Part shown: positions 9,396 to 18,431 of the stretch, in pieces
How positions within the stretch are numbered: position 1 is the stretch's first letter
How the letters are laid out: every line of letters begins with the position of its first letter
IMG/VR virus record: IMGVR_UViG_3300036790_000265
Span: 1-64,000 of that record
Length of the DNA: 64,000 nt
DNA from: a virus
Taxonomy: Duplodnaviria > Heunggongvirae > Uroviricota > Caudoviricetes
Direction: 5' to 3' (one strand)
The notes under the pieces: model-generated
Database searches by the model: none
Seen by the model: the letters and a program-made list of their open reading frames with translations, nothing else
Told to the model about the DNA's origin: nothing
Position numbers and translations under genes: made by a program

Positions 9396-10230
9396 GGAGA
9401 GACCGCCTCTCCCGGGCCGGGCCGGTCTCGGGTGACCGCCAGTCGCCGAGATCAGGCGGTGGCGGTGGGATCACGTCGCCCGCGCCGAGGGCGACGACCT
9501 CGCGGGCGGTGAACGGGCCGGCCGTTGCCAGCGCGGGCAGCACGAGCGGCCAGGTGAGGTGTTCGCCGTGGGTCCTGGTCACCCACTCGGCGTCTGGCCA
9601 CGCGGGCACCTCGGCCGGTTCCCACGTGAACGTGAGCGCGCGGTCGTCGTCGCCTGGGTTGTACTGCCACAGGTACGAGCCTTCGTCGTCAGGCGGCCAG
9701 GTGGCCTCATACCAGCCAGACGCAGGAGCCACATAGCCGCCGAGAATCACCGAGGCCCAGAAGCCGATGACATCTGGGTCGATGTCCCGCACGGTGTAGA
9801 CGCCCATAGGGGACAACGTCGTTGGATCAGACCCCGGGCAAGTGCCGTAGCGAACCTCTGGCAGGCCTTCCAACTCTCGGAGGCGGTTCAACGTCATGCA
9901 CCCGTACGACACGACATCGAACGAGCGGACGATCGGCTCACATTCGGCGTAGATCCAGCCGAGCAGACCGGAGACGGCGCGAGTTTGGGAGCCTCGTACC
10001 CAGCCGGCGTAAGGGCTGTCGTGCCAGTTCTGCGCGGCGACGTCGGCGACCGCGAGCCAGGCGGCGTATCCGTCCAGGCCGGTGTCGTGCATGACCTGAC
10101 GTACGGTCTCGATGTCGCGGGGCGGCAGGTGCGGGAACACGCGGCCGGTGCAGCGCATCGCGTCCTCGCTGACCGTCCAGTCGTCGAGGGCGCCGTCGAT
10201 CGCGGCTAGGACGCTAGCGACATCAGGCAC
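9385..10230 (-). CDS. hypothetical protein (281 aa)
   Basis: ORF between the Thg1-like and RtcB genes; GTG start in cccGTGCCTGATg context. Confidence 0.45.
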   Translation of the reverse strand: MPDVASVLAAIDGALDDWTVSEDAMRCTGRVFPHLPPRDIETVRQVMHDTGLDGYAAWLAVADVAAQNWHDSPYAGWVRGSQTRAVSGLLGWIYAECEPIVRSFDVVSYGCMTLNRLRELEGLPEVRYGTCPGSDPTTLSPMGVYTVRDIDPDVIGFWASVILGGYVAPASGWYEATWPPDDEGSYLWQYNPGDDDRALTFTWEPAEVPAWPDAEWVTRTHGEHLTWPLVLPALATAGPFTAREVVALGAGDVIPPPPPDLGDWRSPETGPARERRSLRGQ

Positions 10231-10236
10231 GGGCCG

Positions 10237-11409
10237 CTACTCTCCCTTAACGTTCACGATCTGCCGCAGCGTGTGCACGACCTCAACGAGGTCGGCCGCG
10301 TCGGCCATCACCTGATCGACTGGCTTGTAAGCGCCGGGGATCTCGTCCAGGAACGCATCGCTGTGCCGCCATTCGATGCCCTCCATTGCGGTGTCGAGCT
10401 GCTCGCGGGTGAACGTCTTGCGGGCCGAGTTGCGGCTGTGCATCCTGCCAGCACCATGCGGCGACGAGTTGAGTGCCAGCCGGTTTCCCTTTCCCCGCAC
10501 GACGTACGAGGCGGTGCCCATCGAGCCGGGAATCAGGCCCGGCGTGCCGTCGCTGGCGTCGATCGCGCCCTTGCGGCTCAGCCAGACTTTCTTGCCAAAA
10601 TGGGTCTCCTGCTCCGTGTAATTGTGGTGACACTGCACCGCCTCCAGGCCGGTGACCGGCATGCCGGTCCAGGCGTCCAGGCACAGAAGGACGCGGTGCA
10701 TCATCTCCTGCCGGTTCAGCAGGGCGAAGTGCTGCGCCCAGCGCAGGTCGCGGATGTAGGCCCAGAACTCGTCGTCGCCCTCGACCAGGTAGGCGAGGTC
10801 TGGGTCGGGGAGGCTGATCCACCGCTTCTTGCACTGCTGCTGGGCGATCTTGATGTGGCGCATGGCGAGCTTGTTGCCGACGCCGCGCGAGCCGCTGTGC
10901 AGGAACGCCCAGACGTGGCCGTGCTCGTCGAGGCTGATCTCGATGAAGTGGTTCCCGCTGCCCAGCGAGCCGAGTTGCAGCCGCCAGTTCGGGGCGATGG
11001 CCTCCGCGCTGGCCGCGCCATCGCCGAACTCCTCCAGGTCGGCGATCCGCTGCTCGGTCGCGGCGCCGAAGACGGCCTCGTTGTAGACGCCGACCGACAG
11101 CGGGATGGCCTGCTCGATGGCCTCGCGCAGCCTGCTCAGGTGCGGCAGCCCGCGCACGTCCGCAGCGGTCAGGTGGGTGCGCACGGCATGCATGCCGCAG
11201 CCGATATCGACGCCGACCGCTGCCGGCATGATCGCACCGAGCGTCGGGATCACGCTGCCCACGGTCGCGCCCTTACCGAGGTGCGCGTCCGGCATCAGCG
11301 CGATGTGCGGGTGGATGAACGGCATCGTCGACGCCAACTCGGCCTGGGTGCGCGTGTTCGGCTCCAGGATCGACGCCCAGTTGATCAGGCGTTTCGTGAT
11401 CTGCTCCAT
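10237..11409 (-). CDS. rtcB: RNA-splicing ligase RtcB (3'-phosphate/5'-hydroxyl RNA ligase)
   Basis: Near full-length colinearity with E. coli RtcB: MPDAHLGKGATVGSVIP, VGVDIGCGM, GSGNHFIEI, HSGSRGVGN, CHHNY, PGSMG, HGAGR. Confidence 0.95.
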   Translation of the reverse strand: MEQITKRLINWASILEPNTRTQAELASTMPFIHPHIALMPDAHLGKGATVGSVIPTLGAIMPAAVGVDIGCGMHAVRTHLTAADVRGLPHLSRLREAIEQAIPLSVGVYNEAVFGAATEQRIADLEEFGDGAASAEAIAPNWRLQLGSLGSGNHFIEISLDEHGHVWAFLHSGSRGVGNKLAMRHIKIAQQQCKKRWISLPDPDLAYLVEGDDEFWAYIRDLRWAQHFALLNRQEMMHRVLLCLDAWTGMPVTGLEAVQCHHNYTEQETHFGKKVWLSRKGAIDASDGTPGLIPGSMGTASYVVRGKGNRLALNSSPHGAGRMHSRNSARKTFTREQLDTAMEGIEWRHSDAFLDEIPGAYKPVDQVMADAADLVEVVHTLRQIVNVKGE

Positions 11410-11644
11410 GACCTGCCTATCTCGGATAGTGGCGCAAGGCCGAGTCCGTCACTGTGTACTAAACCCGCAGTCTCACCAGGCATTCCCTGGCAGCTTCCGC
11501 AATCCACGAAAGGGCCGGACGACCTTCCGGCCGTCCTCGCGCTCGATCAGCACGTTCCGGGGTCCGCCTCCCGGTCCCCAGCGGACCAGCACCGTGACCG
11601 GCTGGCCCCGCTCCAGGTAGGTGCGGCCGACCATGCTGGACCGG

Positions 11645-13405
11645 TCAGGCATCGACGCTCCTGGCATGCTGGGCCAGCGTCTCATCGGCGACCATCTCGC
11701 TGTAGCCGCTGATCAGCTCCAGCGTCCGCAGCCGTGACAGGGCGTTAGAGAAGGTACTGCTCGTCACCGAGTAGCCGGTCGCTGCGGACAGGTGGTCCTT
11801 GGTGGCCGGTGCGGGCCACGCATCAAGGAGTGCGCGCAGGATCGCCCGTTCCGACTTGCCCAGCCGGCTCATCCAGTACTCGATCAGGGCGTCGCCGGTC
11901 GGCAGCGGTTCCCACTGGTCACCTAGCGCCGAGACCCCGGCCTCGGTGATGGTGATGGGGTTGCTGCGATTGATCAGGCCGCCGACGCGCAGCGAGGACA
12001 GCGTGTTCCCGAACGTGCTGCTTTTCACCGAGTACCCGGAGAGGGTCGCGATCTGGTTCTTGCTGCGGCCGTCCGGGAACTGGGCGAGTACGGTCAGCAC
12101 GGCCCGTGCCGCCTTGCCCAGCGTCATCTCCTCTGGAGAGCCGGCCGGTAGTACTGCGGGCTGCGGTCGCGGCACTGTGGCCGGTGTGGCCTCCGGTGCG
12201 GCCGGTTCCGGCCGGGCGGTGGGCACCGGGCGTGCGGTGGCACGGCTGATGGCTATCTCCAGTCCGTTCGCGACGTCGCGAAGTGCGGTGATGGCCTGCT
12301 CGACGGCAGCCAGGTCGCCGGGCGTGAGCACGGAGACTTCCACACGCGCGGGCGGCTTGGCCCGCTCGGCGGCAAGTTCCGCCCGCAGGGCCGCCACGTC
12401 CTCGCTGCTGGTGCTGTCGCGAGCCTTCGCCGCGATCTGGCGCTGAAGCTCGGCGACCTGGCGGCGCAACGCCTTCGGGTCGTCCTGTGCGGCCTTCTCC
12501 GTGACCTCGGCCATGCGCTCGGTGAGCGCGCCCAGGTCGATGTCGGCCAGCGAGGCGACCGGCGCGGACTTGCGCATCGTCGGGGTCGCGCCCGAGTCGA
12601 ACGTGGACCGCTGCCGGAACCGCACCCGCTGCACCGCCGGCTGGCCTTCGCGGGCCAGCCAGTGCGGCGAGCACACCCACGCCTCGCCGTCGTCCAGGCC
12701 GGGCAGGGAACCCACCAGCTCGTGGGCGACGGCGTGGTAATCAACCCAGCCGAGGATGGCCTTGCGGTCCTGCGGGCTGGTGGTGCGCAGTGCGATCATC
12801 GTGCCGACCTGGGTCAGCGCGTCCTTGTTCACCACGGCCGACCGCTGGGAGATGAGCGTCACGCCCAGGCCCCGGCTGCCGCCCTGCTTGACCAGCTTGG
12901 TCCACGCGCCGACGCATTTAGCCTGCTCGCCGCGGACGGTCTGCGGGATGAACTCGTCGGCTTCCTCCAGGAACAGGTGGCGGGGCACCGGGTTGCGGCC
13001 GTGCAGCCGGAACAGGTGGTCGGCGAGGTCGGTGAGGAACCGCATCTGCGCGGCCTTGGATGGGAACTCGCTCACGTCCAGGACGCAGGTCAGGTTCTGG
13101 TCACAGATCAGCTCCGCGATCAGCTTCCCCGCCTCGGGCACCAGCGGCATGTCGCCGTGCAAGCCGCCGAAGATCGGGATCGGCAGCCCATCGCCTTTGC
13201 CGTCCGCCGACGAGCGCAGGCCCCACCAGTCGCCCTTGGGGTCGATGGCGACCCACGGCAAACCGGCGCGGTACATCTCCTCGGCCATCACCGCTGCCGC
13301 GTTCGATTTGCCGGCGCGGCGGACGGCCAGCAGGGCGATCGACTGGGTGATCGCGTCCAGTGGGAGGGTGAGCCGGTCGGCCACCCGCAAGCCGCTACCT
13401 GCCAT
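11645..13405 (-). CDS. HerA/DUF87-like P-loop ATPase with two C-terminal winged-helix repeats
   Basis: Walker A AVRRAGKS, Walker B-like FLEEADEF, duplicated ...GYSV(K/T)SSTF(G/S)N(T/A)LS(S/R)LR... segments at the C terminus. Confidence 0.6.
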   Translation of the reverse strand: MAGSGLRVADRLTLPLDAITQSIALLAVRRAGKSNAAAVMAEEMYRAGLPWVAIDPKGDWWGLRSSADGKGDGLPIPIFGGLHGDMPLVPEAGKLIAELICDQNLTCVLDVSEFPSKAAQMRFLTDLADHLFRLHGRNPVPRHLFLEEADEFIPQTVRGEQAKCVGAWTKLVKQGGSRGLGVTLISQRSAVVNKDALTQVGTMIALRTTSPQDRKAILGWVDYHAVAHELVGSLPGLDDGEAWVCSPHWLAREGQPAVQRVRFRQRSTFDSGATPTMRKSAPVASLADIDLGALTERMAEVTEKAAQDDPKALRRQVAELQRQIAAKARDSTSSEDVAALRAELAAERAKPPARVEVSVLTPGDLAAVEQAITALRDVANGLEIAISRATARPVPTARPEPAAPEATPATVPRPQPAVLPAGSPEEMTLGKAARAVLTVLAQFPDGRSKNQIATLSGYSVKSSTFGNTLSSLRVGGLINRSNPITITEAGVSALGDQWEPLPTGDALIEYWMSRLGKSERAILRALLDAWPAPATKDHLSAATGYSVTSSTFSNALSRLRTLELISGYSEMVADETLAQHARSVDA

Positions 13406-13622
13406 GACGACCCTCCAGTTTGATCACGTTCTCTCCTCCGTTGCGCCTCTTGCGCCGGCTGGCCAGTATCAGCCCCACGATCTCGGCCACCCTCGGATCA
13501 CGGCGGGCCTGCTCTGCGTAGGCACGCAGGGCACGACGGCGCTGCTCGGCCACGGTGGTCCGCTCGATGATGGCGAGGGTGCGCAAGGTCAGCTCGTCTG
13601 GCTCGGTGAGGTGGTCAGGCAC
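13395..13622 (-). CDS. small hypothetical protein (GTG start, VPDHLTEP...)
   Basis: GTGCCTGA stop-start junction. Confidence 0.3.
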   Translation of the reverse strand: MPDHLTEPDELTLRTLAIIERTTVAEQRRRALRAYAEQARRDPRVAEIVGLILASRRKRRNGGENVIKLEGRHGR

Positions 13623-14148
13623 GGGCTTGCTCCCTGCTCGCGAACTGGCGCAGGTCGAACAGCGCACCGGCCAGGTCCCACGGTGGCACCAGCACCGGAT
13701 GGCGGCCACCGCGCGCCGGGCCGATGACGCCGTACTCTTCCAGCAGCAGGAGCAGCCGGCCGGCCTTGACGAAGCCGACGTGCGCCTTCCGCTGGATGAC
13801 CCAGCACTCGGCGCGCTGGGTGTTCACGACCACGCGGGCAGCATCCTCGAGCATGCCGAGATCGGGGCCGATCGGCATGCTCGCCCAGGCCAGCGCTGTG
13901 GCGCGGAGGCGGCTCGCCTGCTCGCGGTAGGCGGCGGCCATGTCGCAGCCGTAGGTGTGGCTGTCGTTGCGCATCTGGGGAGCGTGGACTTTCAGCGGCC
14001 ACCAGCGCGGGCTCTCGTTGACGTCCCGGTACGGCGGCAGCCGGTGATCCTCGTACCGGTCTCCCGGCAGGATCGGTTTACGGCACTGGGCGCAGGTGTG
14101 CCCGGTCCGGGCCGTGCGGACCGCGACAGGGATGATCGTGTCGGCCAT
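13615..14148 (-). CDS. protein with FtsK-gamma-like winged-helix DNA-binding domain
   Basis: C terminus VGFVKAGRLLLLLEEYGVIGPARGG resembles the FtsK gamma domain (compare [22 protein letters not shown] in the FtsK-like protein at 49048-51183). Confidence 0.45.
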   Translation of the reverse strand: MADTIIPVAVRTARTGHTCAQCRKPILPGDRYEDHRLPPYRDVNESPRWWPLKVHAPQMRNDSHTYGCDMAAAYREQASRLRATALAWASMPIGPDLGMLEDAARVVVNTQRAECWVIQRKAHVGFVKAGRLLLLLEEYGVIGPARGGRHPVLVPPWDLAGALFDLRQFASREQARA

Positions 14149-14468
14149 CAGCAGGGCAACTCCGTCTCCTCGATCTCGGCGAACCAGACCCCGGCCCGGC
14201 CGCGCACTGGGTCTTCCACCCACCAGCCGCGGCCGTCCCGGATGCTGTCCCGCCACCAGACCAGCTCGGGCTTCACAGCGACTGCGGAGGCGTAGGTGTG
14301 CCGTTTGGCCACCACGTCGGCGAGCGCTTGGGCTCGTTCAGGGTCGTGGGTGCCGAGCACAAGCACGCTGGACGGGATCTCATCTTCGTCACCGACGATG
14401 TGGGCGACCAGTTTGCGGGGCCGGTACAGCTTCCCGTTCGGGCGCTCGATCGCGGGCAGATCAGGCAC
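14148..14468 (-). CDS. hypothetical protein
   Basis: AGGAGG RBS followed by GTG start (VPDLPAIERP...). Confidence 0.4.
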   Translation of the reverse strand: MPDLPAIERPNGKLYRPRKLVAHIVGDEDEIPSSVLVLGTHDPERAQALADVVAKRHTYASAVAVKPELVWWRDSIRDGRGWWVEDPVRGRAGVWFAEIEETELPC

Positions 14469-14700
14469 GATCGTCCTCCTTGACTGGTGTCCCGTTCGGG
14501 AGCCGCACGTACCGCCGCTCAGCGTTGATCGCGAGTTTCCGGTCCACCTCGGCCGCGAGGTCAATGCCGAGGATTTCCGCCAGCCCGGCAACGAAGATCA
14601 CCACGTCTGCCAGTTCGCCGCCGACCCCTGGCTTCTGCTTGCGCCACGCGCCGAACGCCTCGCTCAGTTCCTCCTGCGTCAGGCAGAACTCCAGCGGCAC
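14461..14700 (-). CDS. MazG-like nucleotide pyrophosphohydrolase
   Basis: EELSEAFGAWRKQ...GGELADVVIFVAGLAEILGIDL...KLAINAERRY; EExxE/ExxD metal-binding helices. Confidence 0.7.
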   Translation of the reverse strand: MPLEFCLTQEELSEAFGAWRKQKPGVGGELADVVIFVAGLAEILGIDLAAEVDRKLAINAERRYVRLPNGTPVKEDDRA

Positions 14701-14899
14701 GTCGGTGATGTTAAGCCCTTGGCCACCTTGTTGGCGTAGGCAGCATCCTGGACCTCTCGGAGGTCAGGCACGATCGGCCTCCCGCAGCGCCTCGACGACT
14801 TCGCGGGCTACCTCGTCTTGGAAGCCGTCGTTGAACAGGTGCGGCCAGGTGTCGTTCAGGTGGTCGGCCACGATCTCGATCTGATCGGCCGCTGAGCGG

Positions 14900-15622
14900 T
14901 CAGGCACGGGTGGTCTCCAGTTGGGTTCGTATGGTCTTCTCGACGGCCTCGGGTACCCGCCAGAGTTGGAGCGCGCCCTTGCACGGAACCGGATCGGCCA
15001 GCGGGCGGGGATCGGCCAGGCGCCAATGGAACTGGCCGGGTATCCCCCACTCGCGGCACGCGTCGTCTGTCTTGCATTCCCAGGCGGTCGGGTGGATGCC
15101 GGTCAGGTTGACCCGGCCGTGGATACAGCCCAGATAGAGGCTGCTGGTCCACGTGGACTTGTCGAACCGGCGGCCGTCCTGGGGAGGCGCGAGCAGGCCG
15201 GCCGCGTTCCAAGCGTGCCTTGGCGCTGCCCAGTCCACGGTCTGAGAAGCGTGAATCCATACCGGCCCTCGGTAGCCCGTCGCCCACGAACGGTTCTCCC
15301 GGGTCTTGCCGCCGTACACGATCGCGGACGCCCACGGCTGCTGGACCGACAGGGCTCGCATGGTCCCCGGTGCTTCACCGGTCAGCGCCTCGGTGATCGT
15401 GTCCAGGATGCGGGCGCCGGCCTCCTGCTTGGCCCACAACAGAGCATCAGCCTCCGCGCACTCGGGAATGGTGTCGGTGGCCATCTCGGCCCCGAGGGCG
15501 ATCAGCGCCTCGTATCCGGCGAGGAGCGCGGGCATGTCCCGGCCCATCACCTGCTGGACGTCGTTGTGCTCCAGGTGGCCACGCATCCGGGCCAGCACGC
15601 CGGCGAGGTCGTCAGCAGGCAT
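14900..15622 (-). CDS. ASCH-domain (PUA-like) protein
   Basis: ALSVQQPWASAIVYGGKTRENRSW matches the ASCH core motif (GxKxxExR). Confidence 0.55.
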   Translation of the reverse strand: MPADDLAGVLARMRGHLEHNDVQQVMGRDMPALLAGYEALIALGAEMATDTIPECAEADALLWAKQEAGARILDTITEALTGEAPGTMRALSVQQPWASAIVYGGKTRENRSWATGYRGPVWIHASQTVDWAAPRHAWNAAGLLAPPQDGRRFDKSTWTSSLYLGCIHGRVNLTGIHPTAWECKTDDACREWGIPGQFHWRLADPRPLADPVPCKGALQLWRVPEAVEKTIRTQLETTRA

Positions 15623-16040
15623 CGGATCCGGCCTCTCCGTCGATCGTGAGCTGGCCGCGTATCTGCTCGATCACAAGCCGGCTCGCCGCCTCAATCTCAG
15701 CCACGTCGTCTGGGCACAACGCCTCACCGTTCGTGGTCAGCATCCAGCCTTCTCTCGTCACGTAGCGCTCGGCTTCGAGCCGTGATTCGAAGTGAATGTG
15801 CCAGCCGTAGTCGTCGTTGTCGGCTTGCCCGCCGCAGTCCTGGCCGTCGCAGGTCACGGTCCAGCACGGGGCTGGGTACCCGGTCGCTTTCACCGTGCAG
15901 GCCGGGAAGTCCTCAGCCGGGAAGTAGTCGGATAGCGCCGCCTGGGCCTCCTGCTCGGTGTCCCAGTGTGGTACCTCAACGTCGGTGCGCTCGACGGTCT
16001 GGAGTGTCCAGCAGCGCTTCGTGAGCTGGGTAACGGGCAT
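15612..16040 (-). CDS. hypothetical protein
   Basis: ORF, GGAGA RBS. Confidence 0.4.
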   Translation of the reverse strand: MPVTQLTKRCWTLQTVERTDVEVPHWDTEQEAQAALSDYFPAEDFPACTVKATGYPAPCWTVTCDGQDCGGQADNDDYGWHIHFESRLEAERYVTREGWMLTTNGEALCPDDVAEIEAASRLVIEQIRGQLTIDGEAGSDAC

Positions 16041-16227
16041 CAAGCATTCTCCTCGACCGGCCGCCATTCGGTGCTATTGCTGGTGCCACGCTCGTACTCG
16101 TGGACGACAAGCTCACCGATGCCCCGGCCGTCCTCAGCAAGTTCGGCCTCAGCCTCCCGGCGAGAGGGAAAGGCGAAGACCACGCCGGTAGGCCAGCGGA
16201 TCCCGTATTGCTGCTCATGCATGCCGC

Positions 16228-16836
16228 TCAGCTCTCCTCGATCTTGGCCAGCACCGGCCCGACGATCCTGTTCATCTCGTCCACCAGGACAGCGACCGTC
16301 TCAGCCGCAAAATGCTCGGTCACGCCAGGCTTCGCGAATACTGGGCCGGGCTTGGCCAGCACGGTCATGGCGGCCGGCAACGGGAAGCACAGCCGGGCAC
16401 TGCACATCAGGTAAGGCCGCTGGGTCACGTCCTCACCAGACGGGTAGTCGTAATACTCGCCAGAGAACCGGTACTCGCTGCGCCAGTCCCGCCAGTTGCA
16501 GCCCAGCCCGGCCGCACGCAGGTGCCGCAGCGGTGCCGGCTGAGGGATGATCAGGCTCACGTCCGCGCCCAGCGAGCCGTCCCAGTCGTTGCGGACCACT
16601 TGGCCGGAAAGCACCCGCGAGTGGGTCCGGACGTAGCCAGGGGCCATGACCGGGCTGTTGGCAACCTCCCACGCCAGGCAGGCGAACGGGACGGTGCCGT
16701 CGTCCCAGGCGTCAGGATCCCAGGTTTCAGCGAACCGGGGCATCCGGTCGCGGACGTAGGCGGCGTAGCGGGAATCGCCCGCGTGGTTGCGGTCGTAGTC
16801 GTGGTCGATCCAGAACGCGCGCAGGTCGTCGGCCAT
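16228..16836 (-). CDS. hypothetical protein
   Basis: ORF, start at MADDLRAFW. Confidence 0.45.
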   Translation of the reverse strand: MADDLRAFWIDHDYDRNHAGDSRYAAYVRDRMPRFAETWDPDAWDDGTVPFACLAWEVANSPVMAPGYVRTHSRVLSGQVVRNDWDGSLGADVSLIIPQPAPLRHLRAAGLGCNWRDWRSEYRFSGEYYDYPSGEDVTQRPYLMCSARLCFPLPAAMTVLAKPGPVFAKPGVTEHFAAETVAVLVDEMNRIVGPVLAKIEES

Positions 16837-16864
16837 CAGGCTTGCCCTTCCTTCGGTGCGGGGT

Positions 16865-17122
16865 TCAGAACGGGGGCTCATCGGAATAGCCGGGGTCATC
16901 GGGACCGGTCGGCTCGATCGGCGTCCGCGGGCAGTCGCACACCGCGCCGCCGTGCATCTCGTCGCAGTGCTCCGCGTATTCCCGTGCATCCCAGTCGGGC
17001 TCGTCAGGCTCACGCTGGGAGCCGTCCGGGTTGATGTAGCCCATCGCGAGGTCGTCTTTGTATTCGTCGTACCGGTCGTAGCCGTCGTCGACGGCGTCAT
17101 CGTTATCCTCGAAGGTGCTCAT
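16865..17122 (-). CDS. small acidic protein
   Basis: ORF, D/E-rich. Confidence 0.35.
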   Translation of the reverse strand: MSTFEDNDDAVDDGYDRYDEYKDDLAMGYINPDGSQREPDEPDWDAREYAEHCDEMHGGAVCDCPRTPIEPTGPDDPGYSDEPPF

Positions 17123-17448
17123 TCCGTGGCTCCGGTTTGCCGGTCCACCTCGTCCAGCAGCGAAGCGAGGTCGTCGCGATCGAGCCTTCGGTATCCGCCG
17201 TCTCTGCCCCACAGCAGCGCGCGGGCGGCGTGCTCGGCGGCCGGGTGAGCGGTGATGTCCGGGTTCGCGTCGTAGAACGGTTCCAGCACTTCAAGGTCGC
17301 TGTCGTAGTCCGAGAGTGTTTCCAGGATGTCCCCGGCGTCGGCGCCCACCCAGCCGGGGTTCTGCTTGGTGAACCGGTCGCAGATACGGGCCTGCTGCTC
17401 GGTGGTGAGCGCGGCCAGCACAGCGTCCAGCGGGTCAGGGGCGGTCAC
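17119..17448 (-). CDS. hypothetical protein
   Basis: ORF, coupled. Confidence 0.4.
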   Translation of the reverse strand: MTAPDPLDAVLAALTTEQQARICDRFTKQNPGWVGADAGDILETLSDYDSDLEVLEPFYDANPDITAHPAAEHAARALLWGRDGGYRRLDRDDLASLLDEVDRQTGATE

Positions 17449-17606
17449 TTCATGGCTCCTATCAGTCGGGCGATCTGGCGGCCGTGCTCAGCCGTGTAGT
17501 GGGCTTCCATCAGGTCGTGCGCTTCCTGCGGGGTCATCCCTTGCACGGCGTGGTCTGGATTGAAGAAGCAGTGGACGGTGAACACGTCAAACAGGGATCC
17601 CGTCAT
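17445..17606 (-). CDS. small hypothetical protein (53 aa)
   Basis: AAGGAG RBS, TGATG and GTGA overlaps on both sides. Confidence 0.35.
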   Translation of the reverse strand: MTGSLFDVFTVHCFFNPDHAVQGMTPQEAHDLMEAHYTAEHGRQIARLIGAMK

Positions 17607-17842
17607 CACGGCCGCTCCTTAGCCGGTTCTGCGGGTCTGTGGTCCGGGCAGTAGTCCTGGTCGAGCCTGCGGGTGACCCTGCTGCGGACGTGCGTCCAGC
17701 CCGCTTTCGCAGCCTCTCGACGCAGCTTCGACAAGGTAGGCAAAGCGGGGGCTTCTGGCGGCGGAGTGAACTCTTTGGAGCACAAACCGTGGTCGGCGTC
17801 CCGGCCGTTGCAGAACAGGTGCGCCTTGTAGTAGCCGCTCAT
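17606..17842 (-). CDS. small Cys/His-rich protein
   Basis: ORF. Confidence 0.4.
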   Translation of the reverse strand: MSGYYKAHLFCNGRDADHGLCSKEFTPPPEAPALPTLSKLRREAAKAGWTHVRSRVTRRLDQDYCPDHRPAEPAKERP

Positions 17843-18108
17843 GGCCGGGCTTCTCCGATCGGGAACAGGGGCTCATGCTGGGCAGCGAGCGCGAACTCGA
17901 ACTCGGTCACGTCCTGGCCGTTGCGGCGGGCCCGCTCGATCCACGCGAGACCGAGCTCGCGAGTGTTTTCGGTGGCCTGCTGAAGTCCAGCGCCGTGGTT
18001 TCGGCCGCCGCAGATGCAATCGCACTCCGGATGATCAGCGCCGTAGCATTTCGCATCGCAGCGGCCTTGATCACCTCCGCTGCTGGAGTACGACAGGAGC
18101 GTCACCAT
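17839..18108 (-). CDS. Cys-rich protein (CDAKCYG..CDCICGG)
   Basis: ORF. Confidence 0.4.
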   Translation of the reverse strand: MVTLLSYSSSGGDQGRCDAKCYGADHPECDCICGGRNHGAGLQQATENTRELGLAWIERARRNGQDVTEFEFALAAQHEPLFPIGEARP

Positions 18109-18431
18109 CACGCGTCCTTCGCCTGATCGTGCTGGCGCTGGGCCTCGAGCAGCCGCAGCTTCGAGCACCGCCCGTCGAACGGCTCCCGGCCCGGAACGTC
18201 CGGATCCCAACCGTGGTTGATCGACAACACGAACGCGTTTGGTTCGATCTGGCCGCAGTCCGGGTCAGGGCAGCGCCAGCCGTTGAGCACTGTGCCTTTC
18301 GGGGTGCCACCGGCGGTGTCGTAGGGTGCTACCCAGTCGGCTCGCTCGAAATGGGCAGCCCAGTCGGCGCGGGCTTGAGCATGCTTATCGGCTTGCTCGA
18401 CCTTCCCGAACAGGTCTAGCTGAACGCTCAC
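18108..18431 (-). CDS. hypothetical protein
   Basis: ORF, ATGA coupling. Confidence 0.4.
   Translation of the reverse strand: MSVQLDLFGKVEQADKHAQARADWAAHFERADWVAPYDTAGGTPKGTVLNGWRCPDPDCGQIEPNAFVLSINHGWDPDVPGREPFDGRCSKLRLLEAQRQHDQAKDA

Noticed and set aside
10273-11712. 479-aa plus-strand ORF
   Set aside because: It is antisense to the very well-supported rtcB gene. The composition is typical of the GC3 mirror frame.
14764-14907. In-frame TGA between the 47-aa ORF and MazG as programmed readthrough or selenocysteine
   Set aside because: The MazG catalytic helices are complete in the 79-aa product. No SECIS-like hairpin follows the TGA. The TGA is part of the recurrent GTGCCTGA coupling junction.
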